This document shows, in pieces, positions 58,501 through 64,000 of a stretch of 64,000 nt of DNA. The notes beneath the pieces were generated by a model. It made no database searches. It was not told where the DNA came from and saw only the letters and a program-made list of their open reading frames with translations. Within the stretch, counting starts at the first letter, position 1, and each line of letters begins with the position of its first letter. The position numbers were made by a program, and so were the translations under genes. Source of the DNA: a virus; the IMG/VR virus record IMGVR_UViG_3300042888_002402; one strand, given 5' to 3'.

Positions 58501-61500
58501 ATTGAAATTCAAGTGCTCAGTGATCAGGTCAGTACAAATGGATTTTTCCAAGTTCCTATGAATTTAGAAAACAATCCATTAAACGGCAACAGCACACAAT
58601 TTACGCTGGGCACTATTCGCAATCATTACAGTACCATTGCTCAAAATCTTATTGGCTTGCAAGGGCCAGTCATTGGTGCAAACAATACCAGAGACCTGGG
58701 CAACTTGATCCCTTACGGTTTACAGATACTGCAACAAAGTTCGCCGCTCACGTTGGCCGGCTATTTTATGCGAGATCCCAACTATGATGTATTTGCTAGT
58801 TTGGATTTTAACAGCCGAGAATACATTAAATTTAAATCTTTATTGTTAAACACTGTGATCAGTAACGATTACGGAACAATGACCATTCCAGAAATATTAG
58901 ATTCTGCAATTGCACAAATCACTGTTGGCAGAACAAATTTAAGTCCGTTCTATTGGAGTGACATGTTGCCAACTGGCACCACGTTTATTTCAAACTCCAC
59001 AACAGTATCACAAATAACAACATCAGTATTCAACACTTCACAAACTTACAATTTTACTGAATCTAACTACTTGGGATTATTAGTATACCTCAATGATGTG
59101 TTATTGGTGCGCAACTATGATTACATAGTGAGTGTTGATAGTCCTGTGTTGACCATAACAGTACCATTGAGCGTAGGCGATGTTGTCACAATCAATGAAT
59201 ACAGTGATACTGTTGGAAATTTTGTACCCAACACACCAACCAAATTGGGCTTGTATCCTAAATTCAAGCCTGAAATCTTTTATAATCCTGACTATTTAAA
59301 TCCTGTTCTGGTTATACAAGGACATGATGGTAGTATAACAATAAGTTTTGGTGATTTCAGAGATGAAATCTTGTTAGAATTTGAAAAACGAATTTATGAC
59401 AATCTTAAAAATGATGGTAATCCAGTACCGTTGGTTGCCGAAGATGTTGTGCCAGGATTTTTTAGAACCACGGATTACACACAGGCGCAGATAACACAAA
59501 TACTCAGTGAAAGTTTTTTAACTTGGGTAGGCCAAAACAAAGTAGACTATAAAACACAAAACTATATTGCAACAAACCCGTTTACCTACAACTACAGTGT
59601 GTCTGGTAACAAACTCAACGAAGAACCGTTGTTGGGCGCCTGGCGAGGTATCTATCGTTATTTTTACGATACCACAAGTCCTAATCTAACACCATGGGAA
59701 ATGCTGGGATTCTCAGAGCAACCTGCCTGGTGGACTGCACGTTATGGTCCTGTGCCGTACACCAGTGATAACCTGGTATTATGGGGCGATCTTGAAGCCG
59801 GATACATAGCAGATCCTATTGCACCTTATATTGATCCTCGTTATGTACGTCCTGGATTGACCACAGTGATCCCGGTGGACTCGCAAGGTGAATTACTAAG
59901 TCCATTACAAAGCGTAGTGGGATTGTATAATCCCAATGCTTGGCGTAAAAGTTGGGTAGTCGGCGATGGCGGTCCAACTGAAGCTTCATGGTGGGCTAGT
60001 TCAAGTTATCCGTTTGCAGTCATGCGATTGCTAGCGTTAACACGCCCGGCTGAATTTTTTAGTTTGTTTGTGGACAGAGACCTGTATCGCTACAATGCGG
60101 AATTTGAACAATATCTCTACAATGATCGTTATAGAATCAATGCCAATGAAATTCAAGTTTATGGCAACGGAGTCAGCAAGGCCAGTTACATAAATTGGAT
60201 TATTGATTATAATCAACAACTTGGTATTAATTCATCTTCGGCACTAACTAGAGATTTGGCCAATCTTGATGTGAGACTTTGTTATAGAATGGCTGCGTTT
60301 ACAGACAAACAGTATGCTAATATCTATTTGGAAAAGTCTAGTCCAGACAGCCAAAATTCTAGTTTGTTGTTGCCACCGGAAAGTTGGAATTTATTACTAT
60401 ATGCCAATCAACCTTTTGGTGAGATTGTGTACAGCTCGCTAATAATTCAACAATTAGAATCAGGGTTCACTGTGTATGGATACAGTAATGTTCAACCATA
60501 TTTTCCAATTGTGGCCAGTGCTACCAATGGAACAACACAAACCATCAGTGCCGGTGGCACTGATGTAATAGTTCCTGCACAGTATACCAATAATATAGTT
60601 AATATACCTTATGGATACAATTTCTCTAACGCTACAATTGTTGTGGATTTTATTTTAAGTTATGGTGTATTTTTAACCAGCCAAGGGTTGGTATTTGACG
60701 GAGTACAAAATGGTTACACCCTTAACTGGGCACAGATGGCTCAAGAATTTTTATACTGGAGCCAACAAGGCTGGGCTCCAGGCACAATTATTAATTTGAA
60801 TCCTGGTGCCAGTAAAATAACTGCATACAAGCCCGGAGCAGTTGTGGCAGCAGTCACAAGTTTGACTCCAGAAAATCAGTTGACTGATCAAAACAAACAG
60901 TCGATCAAATCGCGCGATTTGATCGTACAACGATACGGAGATACATTTACCATATCATCTGCCACGAATCAAACTATTTCATATCTGGATTTAAAATTTA
61001 CCAATTATGAAAATATGGCTGTGTTGGACAATGTTAGTATTTTTAACGATTTAATATATAATCCCATAACCGCAGAACGACAAAGTCGTATGGCCTGGAA
61101 GGCCAGTATCAGCAGTGACTGGGATGGCACTTTAAATGCGCAGGGATTTGTACTAAATCAAAACAATGTTGATCAATGGCAACCTAGTGTAAAATACACC
61201 AAGGGTGAAATAGTAATTTATAAAAACACCTATTGGAGTGCGTTGAATATAATTCAACCTAGTACAACTTTTGACTATGCCAATTGGGTCAAGAGTGATT
61301 ATGCTATGATCGCTCAAGGTCTGTTGCCTAACATTGCCAACAAAGCTGATCAACAAGCCAATAGCTATAATATCTATGATGCCAATTTGGCCAGTGACAA
61401 TGATTTACTGGCATTTGGTCTCACTGGATTTAGACCACGTCAATACATGGTTGACCTTGATCTTGATGATGTTAGTCAAATACAGCTTTATCAAAACTTT

Positions 61501-64000
61501 ATTGCCAGTAAAGGTACTAGATTAAGTGCAGAATTATTTACTCAGGCCAATCTTAGAAGAGAAACTGGACAGTACAACATATACGAAAATTGGGGAATAC
61601 TAATAGGAACCTATGGCGCTAATGCCAATCGTAGTTGGTTCGAACTAAATCTCAATCAGGCACTGTTAACTGCCAATCCTAGCACAGTACAAATCATACA
61701 ACCAGGTCAATCAAGCCAAGCTGATCAAACAATATTTCTAAGCAATCTCTGGAGTGAAAGTTACGCTATACCTACTGTTAATATTTTGCCTACAACATAC
61801 GGTACAAATCTTGACACAGCATTACCATCTGCAGGCTATGTTAATGTTGACGATGTAGATATAACAGTATTCAATCTCAATGATCCAGAAGCCATCAATG
61901 CTAACATTGATACAATCGGCAATGGAACAATTATTTGGGTAGCACAAGTTAACAGCTATGATTGGGGCATTTTTAAGTGCATTCAAATTCCAAGTTCCAT
62001 GACGTTGTTGAGCAACAATTTAAATGGAACTAGTGTAGCTCAATTCACTGGTACTCATGGGCGATCAGTGGGCGATGTTATTATTATAAGATATTTTAAT
62101 GACGGAGTCAATGGAGTTTACCGAGTATTAAGTGTGCCAACACCCACCACACTAGTGGTTGCATTTGCATTTACCAATACCAATCAAAGTCAAATCACAG
62201 GCACAGGATTGGTATTTTATCTACAAAGCACAAGAGTTGCTCAAGCAAGTGATATTAATAATTTGCCTTTTGTCAATGACCTTGTTTCGGGTGCAAAGGT
62301 CTGGGTTGACAACGACGGGTTTGGCCATTGGGAAGTGTTGGAAAAAACTGCGCCGTTCAACATTGCTGACACACTTACACCTTTTACCTTGTTTACTGAT
62401 TCTTTGTTTGGTACCAGTGTTAGTCAAACCACAAATCATCAGAGTGCACTGGTCGGTGCACCCCAGGCCCTGTCTGGTGCAGGCGCAATTTATACATACC
62501 GTCAAAATAACATAGTTCCTTATGTTGATAATATATTACTGACACTCAATGCCACAGGCACTGCAGGATATGGTAACAGTGCTAAATTTGGCAACAACAA
62601 TTGGGCTATTGCTGGCGCCAGCGCCAGCAACGGCAATGCTGGCTATGCAACCACTTTGTATCAAGTTCCTGGCTCCAATAGTTATTTACAAACACAACTG
62701 TTGGTTGCACCAGATCAAAACTTTGGTCCTACACGATTTGGATCAGCAGTAGCAATAAGTTTTGACGAGCGTTGGATGTATATCAGTGCACCTGGGGCTG
62801 ATGCAGTGTATGCCTACGGCAGAGTTGATGTGCCAGTACAATCAGTGACATACACTAGCAATGGCACTACATCATCGTTTAACTGGTCAGAATCAATCAC
62901 AATTGATCCAACATATCCAAATCAGTTGCTGGTGATTGTAAATAATTTAATTGCAATCGAGGGCATTAATTATTATATCAATGCAAACGTAGTGCAATTT
63001 TTTACTGCACCAGCTGCTGGTCAACCAATAACACTGCGACGTAGACAAGCAGCGCAGATTGATCGTCAAGATTATTTTAACATTGAGCAAAATTCAACCA
63101 GTGGCACTGGTGTAGGAGCTGCATTCACAGTGGTAAACACTCGCGGCGTTTACAACCCCACAATAACCACTGCAGGCACTGGATATGCGGTCAATGATAC
63201 CTTGACCATTGATTATACTCAAATTTGTCCCAATGGATCAGGTGCAAACAATTTGGTTATAACAGTGACCGAAGTTCAAGCCGGTGCAATTACTGCATTT
63301 AGTTTTGCTGGCAGCGGTGTCACTACAAACAACGGCTTTGCACTAGTTGAATATTTAAACACAGTGTCTGACATTTACTCATTCACAGTCACAGTCAATG
63401 GTGTATTGCAAAGACCGCATCTTGATTATGATTTCAATAGTGATAGTTCGTTGGATTTTGGTCTGTTAGAATTTAACACTATACCTCCAGCAGGAGCAGA
63501 CATTGCAGTTTCCGCCAGCACATATTGGCAATATATCAATTCAATTACTGTCAATGGTCTTGGCGCAGACGCAATATTTGGATCTAGTTTGGATACCTCC
63601 ACTGATGGCCGACAATTGTTGGTAGGCACTATCAACGACAGTGCCAATACCCCAACTGGCACGGTTCAACTGGCCGGATCAGTGTACGTGTACAATCGTA
63701 GTTCTGTAAGCTACCAAATAACCAATGCTGCCCAAACCACATACGTAATACCAGGCACATACACTGATCCTGTTGCAGTGTTGTTGAACAACACGTACTT
63801 GACCAATACTGCTCAATACATCAATGGGCAGTACACAGTGAGTGGCAGCAATATCATATTGAATACTGACCTAACATTGACCATTGGTGATATATTAACA
63901 ATTGAAACCAACCAGTTCCAACTGGTTGAAAAAATTACAGCAAATATTCCAGCAGCACAATCAGCATTTGGATATGCAGTTACTATATGTCCTAATAATT
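55537..64000 (+). CDS. Giant baseplate wedge/structural protein (gp7-like), >2800 aa, truncated by the window end; not in the ORF track
   Basis: ATG 55537 overlaps the gp6 stop (TAATG). Begins MATVRTVDFLPEIFQT. The frame appears open to the window end. FG-GAP-like repeats occur late (FGTSVS, LVGAP, FGSAVAIS, FGSSLD). Confidence 0.85.
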   Translation, partial: MATVRTVDFLPEIFQTPVNKQFLAATLDQLVQEPKFKKSQGFIGQRVGPGVNANDQYVIEPTKSRNDYQLEPGVVQIDPVDAKKIVDVITYPGITDALTLQGGITNNADYLYTSDYYTWDPFVDFDKFVNYAQYFWLPNGPMAVDVSATGVPVTDSFTVTRANGVYTFSGYAGNNPVLTLVKGGNYTFNVAQNTTETITYRVTNSGTSAYVINQESNPSLTLVRGNTYYFNLSLTGAFPFFIKTIASLGPVNVYSNGVINNGASDGQIIFTVPQDAPDVLFYCNPVEFNLRGQFNIIDATAGTGNDFWIQTDPGINGRIPATPNISSRTILGVTNNGIDLGTITFDVPLSDAQSFYYNLPAIPLNNGTVDLITTTLQFNQVNNQFLDAFYTANPNGIDGITNLNGRTIVFTATQGWEITSFFDPLVTGQNGQPGSFDSLPFDNTTFITNPEEQYSVWRIQYQTDSGGQVYLSLTSVATVPELDKFTILFGNQWASTQWYKDVDGYFEQIPLLTAARSVLWYQDGTDPNIFGQIRLIDQTGVSTLDIDTIIGQKTYTSPNGVTFTNGMKVIFRGTTAPASYSNNEYYIEGVGTAIQLLPVTNFVTPEPYVEAQYALINSDSALNGPLTPDYLTINRASGDLNPWSRSNRWVQIDVINASAAYNNTVPVLDNNFRARRPILEFRAGTRLFNFGTQGKPPVNIIDFTQTDALRTVNGSIGFGTDGYELVSGDRVVFAADIDPVVRRTIYQVSFIIPDTVPPLISQPLISLIPAADSPALLDQSVLCLNGNTLQGQSFRYDGVNWAEEQQKLNVNQPPQFDIYDADGISFGDRVKYSSSNFLGSSLFSYAVGSGPLDLYLGFPLTYLSLTNIGDIVFDNNFYADSFTYTLNTVGQTVPLSSGFVRQYSTRLLYDREIGWQNGITQSQIRQQFQFVYDGSPSLLDIAVSTGTVVPAVQVFINATFQESYNYRVSIGTNTTTITWLTEYAPGDLIEIQVLSDQVSTNGFFQVPMNLENNPLNGNSTQFTLGTIRNHYSTIAQNLIGLQGPVIGANNTRDLGNLIPYGLQILQQSSPLTLAGYFMRDPNYDVFASLDFNSREYIKFKSLLLNTVISNDYGTMTIPEILDSAIAQITVGRTNLSPFYWSDMLPTGTTFISNSTTVSQITTSVFNTSQTYNFTESNYLGLLVYLNDVLLVRNYDYIVSVDSPVLTITVPLSVGDVVTINEYSDTVGNFVPNTPTKLGLYPKFKPEIFYNPDYLNPVLVIQGHDGSITISFGDFRDEILLEFEKRIYDNLKNDGNPVPLVAEDVVPGFFRTTDYTQAQITQILSESFLTWVGQNKVDYKTQNYIATNPFTYNYSVSGNKLNEEPLLGAWRGIYRYFYDTTSPNLTPWEMLGFSEQPAWWTARYGPVPYTSDNLVLWGDLEAGYIADPIAPYIDPRYVRPGLTTVIPVDSQGELLSPLQSVVGLYNPNAWRKSWVVGDGGPTEASWWASSSYPFAVMRLLALTRPAEFFSLFVDRDLYRYNAEFEQYLYNDRYRINANEIQVYGNGVSKASYINWIIDYNQQLGINSSSALTRDLANLDVRLCYRMAAFTDKQYANIYLEKSSPDSQNSSLLLPPESWNLLLYANQPFGEIVYSSLIIQQLESGFTVYGYSNVQPYFPIVASATNGTTQTISAGGTDVIVPAQYTNNIVNIPYGYNFSNATIVVDFILSYGVFLTSQGLVFDGVQNGYTLNWAQMAQEFLYWSQQGWAPGTIINLNPGASKITAYKPGAVVAAVTSLTPENQLTDQNKQSIKSRDLIVQRYGDTFTISSATNQTISYLDLKFTNYENMAVLDNVSIFNDLIYNPITAERQSRMAWKASISSDWDGTLNAQGFVLNQNNVDQWQPSVKYTKGEIVIYKNTYWSALNIIQPSTTFDYANWVKSDYAMIAQGLLPNIANKADQQANSYNIYDANLASDNDLLAFGLTGFRPRQYMVDLDLDDVSQIQLYQNFIASKGTRLSAELFTQANLRRETGQYNIYENWGILIGTYGANANRSWFELNLNQALLTANPSTVQIIQPGQSSQADQTIFLSNLWSESYAIPTVNILPTTYGTNLDTALPSAGYVNVDDVDITVFNLNDPEAINANIDTIGNGTIIWVAQVNSYDWGIFKCIQIPSSMTLLSNNLNGTSVAQFTGTHGRSVGDVIIIRYFNDGVNGVYRVLSVPTPTTLVVAFAFTNTNQSQITGTGLVFYLQSTRVAQASDINNLPFVNDLVSGAKVWVDNDGFGHWEVLEKTAPFNIADTLTPFTLFTDSLFGTSVSQTTNHQSALVGAPQALSGAGAIYTYRQNNIVPYVDNILLTLNATGTAGYGNSAKFGNNNWAIAGASASNGNAGYATTLYQVPGSNSYLQTQLLVAPDQNFGPTRFGSAVAISFDERWMYISAPGADAVYAYGRVDVPVQSVTYTSNGTTSSFNWSESITIDPTYPNQLLVIVNNLIAIEGINYYINANVVQFFTAPAAGQPITLRRRQAAQIDRQDYFNIEQNSTSGTGVGAAFTVVNTRGVYNPTITTAGTGYAVNDTLTIDYTQICPNGSGANNLVITVTEVQAGAITAFSFAGSGVTTNNGFALVEYLNTVSDIYSFTVTVNGVLQRPHLDYDFNSDSSLDFGLLEFNTIPPAGADIAVSASTYWQYINSITVNGLGADAIFGSSLDTSTDGRQLLVGTINDSANTPTGTVQLAGSVYVYNRSSVSYQITNAAQTTYVIPGTYTDPVAVLLNNTYLTNTAQYINGQYTVSGSNIILNTDLTLTIGDILTIETNQFQLVEKITANIPAAQSAFGYAVTICPNN

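Noticed and set aside
55744-63662. Short ORFs listed in the last 8 kb, suggesting a non-coding or degraded region
   Set aside because: All lie within or antisense to the single long ORF that starts at 55537.
1-64000. Alternative genetic code (stop-codon reassignment) or tRNA genes
   Set aside because: Core genes translate full-length in the standard code and end in TAA, TAG or TGA. No tRNA cloverleaf was seen in the intergenic gaps.

Overview
A 64-kb segment of a large T4-like myophage genome, resembling aquatic 'uncultured Caudovirales' relatives of T4. It covers most of the virion morphogenesis region: neck and tail terminator (gp14, gp15), a block of repetitive G/N/T/S-rich fibre and decoration genes, the head module (portal gp20, gp67-like, protease gp21, scaffold gp22, major capsid gp23), a tape measure with a lysozyme domain, gp26/gp51, the gp46/gp47 nuclease, late sigma factor gp55, and the baseplate module (gp48/54-like, gp53, split gp27-like hub, gp5, gp25, gp6, and a >2800-aa wedge protein running off the window). 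Accessory enzymes are interspersed: two radical SAM proteins, a Nudix hydrolase, several glycosyltransferase-like genes, and a five-gene DUF1415-like / amidinotransferase / ATE-like transferase / DUF6614-like / SGNH cassette. Best candidates for new biology: (1) a ~400-nt highly structured non-coding RNA directly downstream of a small GIY-YIG nuclease; (2) the amidinotransferase/aminoacyl-transferase cassette; (3) a lambda G/GT-style -1 frameshift site fusing gp26 to gp51; (4) a possible virion glycosylation system acting on sequon-rich fibres; (5) a structured, switch-like 5' leader on a late gene. All family calls come from motif recognition by eye, not from database searches.
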